DNA of 59,635 nt from an uncultured Flavobacteriaceae bacterium (lineage in GTDB: Bacteria; Bacteroidota; Bacteroidia; NS11-12g; UBA955). The position numbers were made by a program, and so were the translations under genes. Numbering within the stretch: the stretch's first letter is position 1; each line of letters starts with the position of its first letter. Where the stretch lies: positions 1 through 59,635 of the forward strand of contig CAYVDH010000002.1 of assembly GCA_964450355.1 (NCBI GenBank), written 5' to 3'. Shown piece by piece: positions 21,001-29,683 of this stretch. The notes under the pieces are model-generated. The model searched no databases. It had not been told where the DNA came from and was given only the letters and a program-made list of their open reading frames with translations.

Positions 21001-24000
21001 GCTATAGTTCAAAACATTAAAATTATCAGTTCAAAATCTAATTTAGTCATTCCAGGATGCAGTGTGGTATTAGAAGGCAATAATCAAACATTGCAATCGG
21101 ATAATAATGGAAATGTTCAACTTATTATTGGAGAAAACGAAATGTTTTCTATTTCTTTTTCAAAACAGTTCTACAAAGAAAAAATAATAAAAGGTAAAGG
21201 AAGTGATTTGATAGATTACAGTCAGATATTGATAGACACTCTGAATGTAAATTTTGAATACTTATCAGGTTTTCCTATTCAGGTTTCGCAGTATGTTGAT
21301 TTAGGAAACGGGCAATTTAATATCAGTGGTAAACTAAGAATCACTCCAAATAAATTAGTGAATGTGGATACGGCTGAAGGAAACTTGCTATTTAAAGATG
21401 TAGTGGTAAAAAAGGGCGGTGGTAAAAATAATTATTTTCCTATTTCTGATGTTGTTTTTGAAAATGGGGTTTTAAAAGCTGATTTATTCAATTACATACC
21501 CATTGAAATTAATAATCCAAAACTTACTAAAGCAATTAATTCCAATGATTACAGCAAAGCGGAGATTGGTGCAGAAAAAATTAACGCACGTATTGATTTA
21601 TTAGATTTTGAAAATAAATCACTCAGTTTAGGAACCTCCTCTTTTATTGATCTGGTAGGTGCAAATACTCCAAACGAATTCAAACAAATGTTTGCAGCAC
21701 CTAATCAGAATGTGGATGAAATCAGCAATAATAATGAGTATGCACTTAGCAATATAACCGGAAACTTCAACAACAAAGACCTTTTCCCCAATTACAATTC
21801 AGACAAAGATTTGCTGAAATTTAATGTGAATGGTAAAAATTCTATTATCAACAAAAATGAAATTGCTTTCTCAGGAAATTTGGATTTTGATAATACCTTG
21901 ACTAAAAATGGAGATAACAACAATCAATTTCCAGTTAAAAAGTTAGCCATAAAAAGAGATCTAAGCACCCTTACTTTAGCATTTGATGTGAGCAATGACA
22001 AACCATATTATGCAGGTATTGACAAACTACAAACCAAAATTACTTCAGTTAACTATAACGGTTTTGGAACAAACAATGGTCAATTAAATGTGGGCGGTGA
22101 GATTTGGTTTTGGAAAAAAGAAAAATCATCGCTCAATACCTTGGGTGTTGTTAAAATGAATGGTTTTAAAGTGATTCCATCTAACAGTGAAATTCATTTT
22201 AGTGGAAAATTGGAATTAGCCACGGGCTTGCCTGTTCAACAATTAAATTTCAAACCAACCGTTGGCAATGTAGATTTTGCATACTACCCTAATATTTTAT
22301 CATATGAAATTGCCACATCAGGTACTTTAGATTTTAATTTACATAGTAAGGAAACCTCGGTGATTGATCATTTTTTTCCTTTGGAAATAGAAGCATTCAA
22401 ACTGAAAACAAGTGATTTTACATTTTTCCTAAAAGCGAATGCTGAAGCTGGTATAGAGGTAGGTCCGGTAGCTATTGGATTAAATACTTTTATTCTAAAC
22501 ATAGGCTCTTCTGCTACCCTTTCATCAACCGATGAAATGTTGGACGATATTTCTGGCAACTACAATGTGCCCAAAATGAGTGATGGTGTGCCCTTAGAAA
22601 ATGACAAAGTAAATTGGATAGTTGGTATTGGCGGAAGTGTGGAAACAAGTATTAAAGAATTGACTTGTGGTGGAGGTGGAACGGTATTATTTGGCATGGA
22701 AAACAATCAATTCAAATGGATGGTAAAGGAAATTCAATTTAAATTGGAAAAGGGCGATATGTATGCCTTTGATGTGGCCGCAAAATTTAGCAATAACGAT
22801 ACACGCAATGGGTTTGAAGCATCTGGTACCGGTACTTTTTTGAAGAACACTGTATCGCTTGGTTTTAAGTACTACAAATACAGCAATAAAAACATAGAAT
22901 GTGGTGCTACTATAGGCTATGAACCTAAGAAACCCTTTGTTACAGGGCCAGTAGAATGGTTTAGAGTAGGTGGAGGTTTTGATTATAATCAAAACAACAA
23001 TTCACTGGCTTTTTGGATAAATGGTCAAGCTAGTGTGGTAGGAATGCCCAGAGAAATCATGTATGTAGATGCAGAAAAATTGGGTATTCTATTTCAAACA
23101 AAAGATTGCGGTGCAGTTCCTGTTATTGAGGGGAATGCAAAATTATATTTAACCGAAACTCAAGCTGGAGAAGTAAATAGTAAAATTGATTTTTGTAAAA
23201 ACTTCTTTTTACTGAGTGGGAACGTTGCTCTGCCCAATAAAATTCCAGGCATTAAAATTGACCCACAACAATTTGTCATTTATGGACAACACTCTCCGGG
23301 CGGTGTCACTGAAGGAAGCATGTTTGCAGCCTACACCACCAAATCAAAAAATAGTTTTGCCAAAGGCAATGCCGTATTTGCTTTGGGCTATCAGTTTTGT
23401 ATAGACAATCCAAATGTGCCTCAGGAAATTCTAACTTTTTGGGATGCGATTGACGACCGAGCAAAGCAATTTAAAAATGTAAAAAACAATCATAATTCAC
23501 AAGGAATTAATGTAGGTAACATAACTCAAGCAATGAAAGCAAAACCCAATTATTTCAGTGCTTTTTATGTGGGTACCAAACTCACCATTCCCAATAATGG
23601 TGGTTCTTACAACCTCAAAGTAAGTGATTGGGATGCAATGACCATTGATTACAATATGTATTTTGACGGATTCACATTTTTCACTTTTAGGTTTGATGAA
23701 TTGTATGCTAGAGGCTATGGAAATTATTATTTCAATCCTGTATTTGATATTGACATAGCCAGTTCACTCAAGTTCAAAGCAGATATTCAACTCAATACTA
23801 CTTTAGATGTAAAATTGAATGGCAATGATTGGTATATGGATGGAAAAGGTGATGGTAAAATTGAAATTACTACAGGTGGCAATTTAAAAAAATGCAACAG
23901 TGCTAGTATCAAAATGAAATGTGTAGCAAAAGTATTTAAACAATGCATTATAAAAGTACCAACTGGATTGAAGTTAAAAATTTGTGCTGACTTAAATCTC

Positions 24001-24054
24001 GACTTTAAGCTACAAGATGGTAAAGCCCCTAAGTTTAACATTCATTGGAATTAA
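18022..24054 (+). CDS. Giant secreted/surface protein (2010 aa), paralog of 209..7006; no T9SS C-terminal domain
   Basis: Signal peptide ..LTYGLNAKAQ. The N-terminal module is homologous to that of the 2265-aa protein (motifs listed there). CarboxypepD_reg-like segments (FKGKITFKNKPVSQAVVSLL..SNNDGEFTINIP; ITPIANALVALSNSNITTKTSQYGYFVISS). The C-terminus ..KAPKFNIHWN has no YPNP-type domain. Confidence 0.8.
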   Translation: MKNRLKNRLLVLVVLTYGLNAKAQFPVQVMTQLVAPYSLKLTDYYLSSTPKLYVTLTNRDFTNPNLSVKLNLKIVGNNVEIKSNPNAVYTPIELIAGVPQRMYSVDISQYFDLNNLLFSGLTKEQYLTTGKLPEGLYYFCFSVYDANTNELLSAPEQCAVAWISLGDPPILNLPQNNSEVSAREPTNIVFNWSPRHLNSPNAASNTEYEFQLVELLDNYVDPNAGFQSSKILYSTTTRYTNLIYGPAQPQLIKGKRYAWRVQVKPISKAQEFDEYRNNGFSDVYSFTYTEYCQPILRLQANVSDQEVSFSWAPIQNVSSYFLHYQLSDSHEDSLNISNQTSASLTKLVANGKYVYWLTYTCSSGVLIQSGKQKFTVPSTFKVNGEKPSNLCQQNKKNLTGNVFVSYYNNGLEINSSNQSILVNSYSEYKKEAFNYNENVNTKLPFEGAEVNLFHLKNGVEKLIEKVSTDINGKFSMNVQLETCDLANYYFKINDLSGMVNETQISLDSTKLIGQTIYTEAILFLKSFEIKPTIFSPYSSSTEKTYLEVWLSKLDWDKMYMPLAKVLQVNDATKMRYNNNEYVLIDVIKNGGTYKKLLQNLNNSNGYLFKTVIKDIGENTEVIEPIKDYTYISKCFKTQLYQTFKGKITFKNKPVSQAVVSLLIENPNDFYNKNVAQNETTILSNNNGFKTINYFSNNDGEFTINIPRLLENAVVKIKVEYFQANPDSYIQEVRTSKSLVYTTDIDLKIKYYSYIGFVGKNVGNEITPIANALVALSNSNITTKTSQYGYFVISSTQKLNGSLTISNDGFENQTINVSSLQVVPINYNNNLSIEQDWADAISKLPIIINFTNQNPTLKNNSELFGKTTGILANTYNYEVNVISQQIDAIVNVNPITLTPNKNSKVPVEFSVKYKNNLIALPISLQEINSNSNNPTTQIYTEDGKHNTIYLAANTNYNLSIRSFSNYIFKPINSNFKTVQLGNNLVQKIEIVLEPAIVQNIKIISSKSNLVIPGCSVVLEGNNQTLQSDNNGNVQLIIGENEMFSISFSKQFYKEKIIKGKGSDLIDYSQILIDTLNVNFEYLSGFPIQVSQYVDLGNGQFNISGKLRITPNKLVNVDTAEGNLLFKDVVVKKGGGKNNYFPISDVVFENGVLKADLFNYIPIEINNPKLTKAINSNDYSKAEIGAEKINARIDLLDFENKSLSLGTSSFIDLVGANTPNEFKQMFAAPNQNVDEISNNNEYALSNITGNFNNKDLFPNYNSDKDLLKFNVNGKNSIINKNEIAFSGNLDFDNTLTKNGDNNNQFPVKKLAIKRDLSTLTLAFDVSNDKPYYAGIDKLQTKITSVNYNGFGTNNGQLNVGGEIWFWKKEKSSLNTLGVVKMNGFKVIPSNSEIHFSGKLELATGLPVQQLNFKPTVGNVDFAYYPNILSYEIATSGTLDFNLHSKETSVIDHFFPLEIEAFKLKTSDFTFFLKANAEAGIEVGPVAIGLNTFILNIGSSATLSSTDEMLDDISGNYNVPKMSDGVPLENDKVNWIVGIGGSVETSIKELTCGGGGTVLFGMENNQFKWMVKEIQFKLEKGDMYAFDVAAKFSNNDTRNGFEASGTGTFLKNTVSLGFKYYKYSNKNIECGATIGYEPKKPFVTGPVEWFRVGGGFDYNQNNNSLAFWINGQASVVGMPREIMYVDAEKLGILFQTKDCGAVPVIEGNAKLYLTETQAGEVNSKIDFCKNFFLLSGNVALPNKIPGIKIDPQQFVIYGQHSPGGVTEGSMFAAYTTKSKNSFAKGNAVFALGYQFCIDNPNVPQEILTFWDAIDDRAKQFKNVKNNHNSQGINVGNITQAMKAKPNYFSAFYVGTKLTIPNNGGSYNLKVSDWDAMTIDYNMYFDGFTFFTFRFDELYARGYGNYYFNPVFDIDIASSLKFKADIQLNTTLDVKLNGNDWYMDGKGDGKIEITTGGNLKKCNSASIKMKCVAKVFKQCIIKVPTGLKLKICADLNLDFKLQDGKAPKFNIHWN

Positions 24055-24069
24055 AATGAGGAGAAAATA

Positions 24070-26178
24070 ATGAAGAGAAAAACCATAATATTAATCATAT
24101 ACTGCTTAGCACTTGATGTATATGCTCAAAAAGGTGCAAAAGAAAGTGATAAAATTCTTTATCAATCTTCACCTAAAGGCATTTATTTGCATGTAATCCC
24201 TCAAGCCATGTACAGTTCTGATGATTCTATGAGGTTGAAGAACTTAGATTATTTTATTATTTATCGCTCTGAAATACTTTCTGAAAACAATAAAAATACT
24301 GAAAATCAGCAAATCGGATTGTTAAAAAAAGTTGGCACTTACAATGAAATTGCAGAGATTTTTGGTAATGAAAAATTGCAGCGTATCAAAAGGGTTTTGA
24401 ATTTAAACGATGCTAATAGTGTCGTTCAATATTTTAAAAACAAAAAAAATCCGGAACAATACCCTCTCATTTATCAATTGATTGAAACTAAAATAGTAGC
24501 TGGAGATGTGTATTGGGATAAAACAGCCAAACCTGAAACAAAATATAAGTATTTGGTAATTGCTGTGTTAAAGAATGGGGAGCAAAAAGATTGGGGAAAT
24601 GTGATTACACAAAACAATTCGAAGGATTTATCCATCAATTATTTCAAACCTGTATTTAATAAAAGAGAAGTTTATGATAGTGCCATAGTTTTGAATTGGG
24701 TTTTGGTGGTTGACCGTGTAAAAGAGGGCGATAGAACGGTGTTGTATGACGAAACAAATGGATACAATCCAATGTGGAATGACAATGTGAATTTGTATGC
24801 CACAGTTTATAATTTTAGCAATGGAAAATACCACGAACTAAAAAGAATAGCTGCCAATTGGAATGAAGAATTAGACACAGCCATTTTTTCAGTTTCAATT
24901 CCTGCAGCATCATATCAGGCATACAATAATTTTATACAGTTGGAAGACAATGTTTACAATAGAGGTAATAATAGTGATACCGTAGAATCCTTTTGTGTAA
25001 ACGATGACAATCTTCCAATAATAAAAGAAATTTTTATAACAGACACGGTAGATGCTGTTAAAATTGCTTGGCATTCACAAAGTAAATTGCCCTTCATCAA
25101 AGCAGTACAAATCATTCGCGAATTTAGCAAGGATTCTATTGCAATGAAGGATACGCTACCATTGATAAACGTTTACGATTCTGTGTATTACGATTATCAT
25201 ATTTTGCCTGGAATTAAGTATTTGTATTTCGCTAAGTTCATTTATCATCCTAGTATAGATGCCAAACAAAGCATCCCAGCACAAGGTGTTGGTTCTTATA
25301 TCAAGTTCAGCAAACCAAATATTCCAACTATGCTTACAGCAAGAGATGAAAAGGGAAATAACAGATTAAATTGGGATTATGTAACTCAAAAAAGTTTCTA
25401 CGCCTACTATGTATATCGTGGTACAAATCCCGATAAAGTGAAATTAATTAGTCCTGCTATTTTTGAAAAAACATATTTAGATACTTCCATTTCATTAAGC
25501 CCAAGACTTACTTATTATTACAAAGTAGTAGCTGAAAATTTAAGAAACGACACCAGTTTATATTCTGATTTTGCTTCCATTACTCCTAATAGAAAAGTTG
25601 CCTTTGCAACTGCTTCAGTATATGATTTTTATTATGAAAATAACCAGTTGCACATCACTTGGACAGATGTACGAAATACAGACAATTTTGTAAAATCATA
25701 TCAATTGTACCGCAGGTATTTAGGAGAAGAAAAATATCTCCTCTTAACACCAGAACCGTTATCGGTAGCTGCTTTTACCGATAAAAACATCAAACCCAAT
25801 GAGCGTATTTATTACAAGGCAGTATCTGTTTCCCACCAAGGCGACACCATTCATTCTCCTATTATTGGCGAGTTCTTTTTACCTAAATCTAAAGTAGATG
25901 TGGTTAGTGATTTTTCTTTAAAAAATGTAGCTGATGGCATCCTGATTTCGTTGCCCAAAGTAAATTACAGCAATCGAAAAGCATATATTATTTACCGAAG
26001 AAAAGCAACAGAAGATACTTTTGAAAAAGTGGGTATATTGGACAATTGCAATTTTGAATTAGTAGATACCAATGTGCAACCCAACACCAATTATGTTTAT
26101 GCCATTGCTATAGTAGATAGAGATGGAAAAGAAGGGTCAATAAGTGTAAGTAAGTCTATTAAAAAAACAAAATCATGA
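24070..26178 (+). CDS. Secreted FN3-like repeat protein (702 aa), paralog of 7003..8934
   Basis: Starts 15 bp after the giant gene, with an AGGAG-like sequence upstream. Signal peptide MKRKTIILIIYCLALDVYAQ. FN3-like units (YVYRGTNPDK..YLDTS..YYYKVVAEN; YQLYRRYLGE..FTDKN..IYYKAVSVS; IIYRRKATED..LVDTN..YVYAIAIVD). Confidence 0.75.
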   Translation: MKRKTIILIIYCLALDVYAQKGAKESDKILYQSSPKGIYLHVIPQAMYSSDDSMRLKNLDYFIIYRSEILSENNKNTENQQIGLLKKVGTYNEIAEIFGNEKLQRIKRVLNLNDANSVVQYFKNKKNPEQYPLIYQLIETKIVAGDVYWDKTAKPETKYKYLVIAVLKNGEQKDWGNVITQNNSKDLSINYFKPVFNKREVYDSAIVLNWVLVVDRVKEGDRTVLYDETNGYNPMWNDNVNLYATVYNFSNGKYHELKRIAANWNEELDTAIFSVSIPAASYQAYNNFIQLEDNVYNRGNNSDTVESFCVNDDNLPIIKEIFITDTVDAVKIAWHSQSKLPFIKAVQIIREFSKDSIAMKDTLPLINVYDSVYYDYHILPGIKYLYFAKFIYHPSIDAKQSIPAQGVGSYIKFSKPNIPTMLTARDEKGNNRLNWDYVTQKSFYAYYVYRGTNPDKVKLISPAIFEKTYLDTSISLSPRLTYYYKVVAENLRNDTSLYSDFASITPNRKVAFATASVYDFYYENNQLHITWTDVRNTDNFVKSYQLYRRYLGEEKYLLLTPEPLSVAAFTDKNIKPNERIYYKAVSVSHQGDTIHSPIIGEFFLPKSKVDVVSDFSLKNVADGILISLPKVNYSNRKAYIIYRRKATEDTFEKVGILDNCNFELVDTNVQPNTNYVYAIAIVDRDGKEGSISVSKSIKKTKS

Positions 26179-27908
26179 TGACGAAACTTCTTTCAAAATG
26201 TAAACTACTAATTTTTCCCTTCTTTTTGTTTTGTGCAAAAAGCGCTACTAGTCAAGAAATAAATTTGGAGCATGTAAAAGAAAATATCAAACAAGCCAAA
26301 CTTTTAACTACATCGGGAGGAATCAATTTCAACACCTTCAGTTATAATGGTTCTAATTTGGCTAATAGAAATCCTTTTACCTGGCAATTGATAGGCAATG
26401 TCAATTTCAGGGTAGCTAACCTTATTGACTTACCTGTAACCTTTAATTTTACTAATCTTTCTCATCAATATAAACTTCCCATTTCGCCTTCTCGTATTGG
26501 CATTCATCCTACTTACAAAGGTTTCAAAGCACATTTGGGTGATGTGAATATGGTGTTTAGCCCTTATACTTTAAATGCGCATCAGTTTACTGGAGCTGGA
26601 TTTGATTATCAACCCCTGAAATCAAAATTTAACTTTAGCTTGATGACAGGGCGCATGCAAAAAGCAGTAAACTACGAATATGGAAATCAAAATATTGTTC
26701 CAGCATACCAGAGATTTGGTTATGGATTTAGAGTTGGATTTAATGATAAACTTGCCTCAGTTCATTTGAACTTCTTTAGTGCAAAAGATAAAATCAATTC
26801 AGTTAGTACACCTTTGGATTCTATAGGTATAAAACCATTGCAGAACGCAGTGGGTAGTATTAGTGCTGCTTTCAGGCCAGCAAAATTCGTGGAATTGAGT
26901 ATTGAGTCTGCTGTAAGTGCTATGACAGAAGATTTGAGAAATTCAGAAGATAAAATAAATAGAAGTCTATACTTGGTGGGTAATTTAATTCACTCAAACA
27001 ATACAACAACCATTCATAATGCCACCAATGCCAAATTGAAATTCAACATTAAGAATGCTGTTTTAGGGATAGGTTACGAAAAAATTGATCCTGGTTTCAG
27101 AACTCTTGGTGCTTATTTCTTTGCTAATGATTTAACCAATTACACCTTGCTATTTGCCAAACCACTTTTTAAAAACAAACTTAGCATCAATACCAATTTC
27201 GGTTTACAATACGACAATTTAGATAATAACAAAGCTAACACAAACTCACGTTTTGTGGGTTTGTTTAATATCAATTTTTCTCCAAATGAAAAATTTATTT
27301 TAAGTGCTAACTATTCCAATTTCAGAACTTATATGCGTATCAAGTCACAGTTTTTATTCATCAATCAAATCAATCAGTTGCAGACTTTAGACACTTTTAA
27401 TTTTACTCAAATCACTGACAATGTCAATGTTTTTGTTATGCAGCAAGTACATAAAAATGCAAAAAACGCACAATATATAAATGCCAATTTTAGTTTTCAA
27501 AATGCTCAAGTAATTCAAAAAACAAATGAGAGTGGCAGCAACAAATCTATATTTTATAATTTCAACTGTGCTTACACCTACAACTATTTACCTTCAAATT
27601 ATACTGTTACAACCTCCTATAATTTATCACTCAATGATTTGAACGACCAGTCAATTATTACTCAAGGTCCAATATTGAGTTTGGATAAAAAATCAAAGAA
27701 TAAAAATTTAGGTTTTGGTACATCTATTTCATATAACAAAAGCACATCTAGTAACGGAATTATAGCAGCAACCGACATTTACAACTTCCGATTTTACTTC
27801 AATTATTTACTCTTGAAAAAACACAATTTTAGACTGAGTACAGGTTATCAAAATTTCAATCATCAAAGTAATTGGTTGATAAATGCGGGATATGGATTAA
27901 GATTTTAA
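26175..27908 (+). CDS. Predicted outer-membrane beta-barrel protein (577 aa)
   Basis: ATGA overlap with the upstream FN3 gene. Signal peptide ..CAKSATSQ. The sequence is Asn/Tyr/Phe/Gly-rich with an alternating pattern throughout. It ends in ..NAGYGLRF (a terminal aromatic beta-signal-like residue). Confidence 0.55.
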   Translation: MMTKLLSKCKLLIFPFFLFCAKSATSQEINLEHVKENIKQAKLLTTSGGINFNTFSYNGSNLANRNPFTWQLIGNVNFRVANLIDLPVTFNFTNLSHQYKLPISPSRIGIHPTYKGFKAHLGDVNMVFSPYTLNAHQFTGAGFDYQPLKSKFNFSLMTGRMQKAVNYEYGNQNIVPAYQRFGYGFRVGFNDKLASVHLNFFSAKDKINSVSTPLDSIGIKPLQNAVGSISAAFRPAKFVELSIESAVSAMTEDLRNSEDKINRSLYLVGNLIHSNNTTTIHNATNAKLKFNIKNAVLGIGYEKIDPGFRTLGAYFFANDLTNYTLLFAKPLFKNKLSINTNFGLQYDNLDNNKANTNSRFVGLFNINFSPNEKFILSANYSNFRTYMRIKSQFLFINQINQLQTLDTFNFTQITDNVNVFVMQQVHKNAKNAQYINANFSFQNAQVIQKTNESGSNKSIFYNFNCAYTYNYLPSNYTVTTSYNLSLNDLNDQSIITQGPILSLDKKSKNKNLGFGTSISYNKSTSSNGIIAATDIYNFRFYFNYLLLKKHNFRLSTGYQNFNHQSNWLINAGYGLRF

Positions 27909-28032
27909 CAAGGTTTGTAACCTTATAAGTTAACTTGAGTTCGGTTTAAGAGTTTAATAAAAATAAAAGTGTTTTTCTTCAAACACGATTTTCAAAGATA
28001 GTTTTCCAAACTTCAATATTTTATCAACTTAG

Positions 28033-28286
28033 TTAAACCCAGAATCCGCATTAGAATTCTATTCCAAATAAAAAATGCTGCAAACTCAAGCGTCTTCTCG
28101 ATTTTATTCTTTGAAATAGCATTGCTATTCCTGCATCATAAAATCTTGCGAGGACTCTTGATTTTATTCTATGTCCGCCTTTGGTGGAGCCTTTTTTATT
28201 TTATTCATGAATTTAATTTAACATTATTGCATTCATTAGCTCGCAAGCTCGGTTCATAACTAAACCTAATGCGGAATCTGGGTTAA
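28033..28286. repeat. ~250-bp element bounded by 21-22-bp terminal inverted repeats (MITE-like or long-range RNA stem)
   Basis: Left arm ttaaacccagaatccgcattag (28033-28054). Right arm ctaatgcggaatctgggttaa (28266-28286), the reverse complement with one indel and one mismatch. Internal direct repeat gattttattct occurs twice, and there is an internal complementary pair cttgcgag / ctcgcaag. It lies in the 435-bp gap between convergent genes. Confidence 0.5.
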
Positions 28287-28342
28287 AAATGAATTTAGGT
28301 TAAATAGAAATTAACATGAATGGAATATGATAAATGCCCTAA

Positions 28343-28990
28343 TTAATCTAATACTTTATTTAAAATAAGATTAACTTCATTGAACATAGAAATAACCATA
28401 AAATGCCTGCCATTATTAATAACATAATCTGGAGATACATTAGAAATTGGGATAATTCTATCCTTACTCCCATGAATGTGAACTACTTTGGTTGAAGTTG
28501 ATTTATTGTTTTTCCAATTCAACAAAGCATTTATAGACCACTTTAAATAAGAAACATGAGATTGTTTTAAAATGTTAGACATCAATTTTTTTTCTTCAAT
28601 TGTTTTAATTCCAAAAAACCAATTTGTTATTGGATTGGGAATTTTTAACCAATGAACAGGTATTACCTTATGCAAATTTAAAAAAGCAATAAACTTAAAA
28701 TACCATGGCAATTGATTGCTTCTGGATAAACTAGAAATTATGATGATTTTAATTGGTTTGTATAAACATGAAATTTCTTTAGCAACGATGCCACCAAAAG
28801 ATAAACCGACCAAACAAAAAGGTTGATTGATGTCAATAGATTTAGCCATCCTAGAAGCATACTCTTCAATGGATTCATTTTCAAAAGGCATAATCCATGG
28901 CAAATGAATGATATTGTATTTAGGGTTTAATTTTATTTTTGAAAAAGCTGATTCATCAGCTCCCAAACCACTAATAAAATATACATTCAT
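28343..28990 (-). CDS. Alpha/beta-fold hydrolase (215 aa)
   Basis: GxSxG elbow VGLSFGGIVA. Candidate Asp (HGSKDRIIP) and His (NGRHFMV) are in the canonical order. No signal peptide. It lies 9 bp downstream of the third AIM24 paralog. Confidence 0.7.
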   Translation of the reverse strand: MNVYFISGLGADESAFSKIKLNPKYNIIHLPWIMPFENESIEEYASRMAKSIDINQPFCLVGLSFGGIVAKEISCLYKPIKIIIISSLSRSNQLPWYFKFIAFLNLHKVIPVHWLKIPNPITNWFFGIKTIEEKKLMSNILKQSHVSYLKWSINALLNWKNNKSTSTKVVHIHGSKDRIIPISNVSPDYVINNGRHFMVISMFNEVNLILNKVLD

Positions 28991-28999
28991 TGGAAATGC

Positions 29000-29683
29000 T
29001 TAATCGCTTTTAGCAGGTCTAAATGGATTGATCCAATGCAAAAAAGGTGATATTTTTCTGGTTTGTATCCATACTTTACCTTGTCCTTTAAAACGACAGA
29101 CTAAACCTTCACCAGAAAAAAACAATGACTTATAACCACCAATTTTACTAATGCTATACTCTAACCCTTCGGTAAAAGCAACAATGTGGCCTGTGTCAAC
29201 AATGTAGCCATCATTGACATCTATTTCGATGATGCCACCAAATGAATTGAACCACAGGTCGCCAAATCCTGAACATTTAATTAGGAAAAAACTTTCTCCT
29301 GAAAAAAAGCCTCGTGTAAGCCCTTGAAATTTGCTTTCTACATTCACAGTGTATGAAGAGGCTAAAAAGGCGGTATTTTGCAAATAAATGGTATTGTTGT
29401 TAAGAAAAACATGTTCAACATCACCAGGGCAAGCTGGTGCTATTTGAATTTCACCATAACCATTTTCAGTAGAAAATTCATTGATAAAAAGAGATTCGCC
29501 AGTTAAAAATCTAGACAATCCACCTTTAAATTTTGTTTTCATTTCTATGTTAGTATCCATAGTTGCCATTGCGGCAGCCTCTACTTTTAGTTTTTTGCCT
29601 TGGGGCATTTTTATGGTTACAAACCCATAATCTGGTTTGCATTGCATTGAATATTCAAATTCTTTTAATTCTTGATTTTCCAT
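29000..29683 (-). CDS. AIM24 / TIGR00266 (DUF124) family protein, paralog 3 of 3
   Basis: Family-typical motifs: GESLFINEF, APACPGDV, FFSGESFFLIKCSGFGDLW, VDTGHIVAF, SGEGLVCRFKGQGKVWIQTR. Clear similarity to the two upstream paralogs. Confidence 0.8.
   Translation of the reverse strand: MENQELKEFEYSMQCKPDYGFVTIKMPQGKKLKVEAAAMATMDTNIEMKTKFKGGLSRFLTGESLFINEFSTENGYGEIQIAPACPGDVEHVFLNNNTIYLQNTAFLASSYTVNVESKFQGLTRGFFSGESFFLIKCSGFGDLWFNSFGGIIEIDVNDGYIVDTGHIVAFTEGLEYSISKIGGYKSLFFSGEGLVCRFKGQGKVWIQTRKISPFLHWINPFRPAKSD

Noticed and set aside
27910-27986. Two short hairpins after the barrel gene (aaggtt-tgt-aacctt at 27910-27924; gtgttt-ttcttc-aaacac at 27969-27986) as terminators
   Set aside because: The stems are only 6 bp and AT-rich, with no convincing U-tract. 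Structures like these are expected by chance in DNA this AT-rich.
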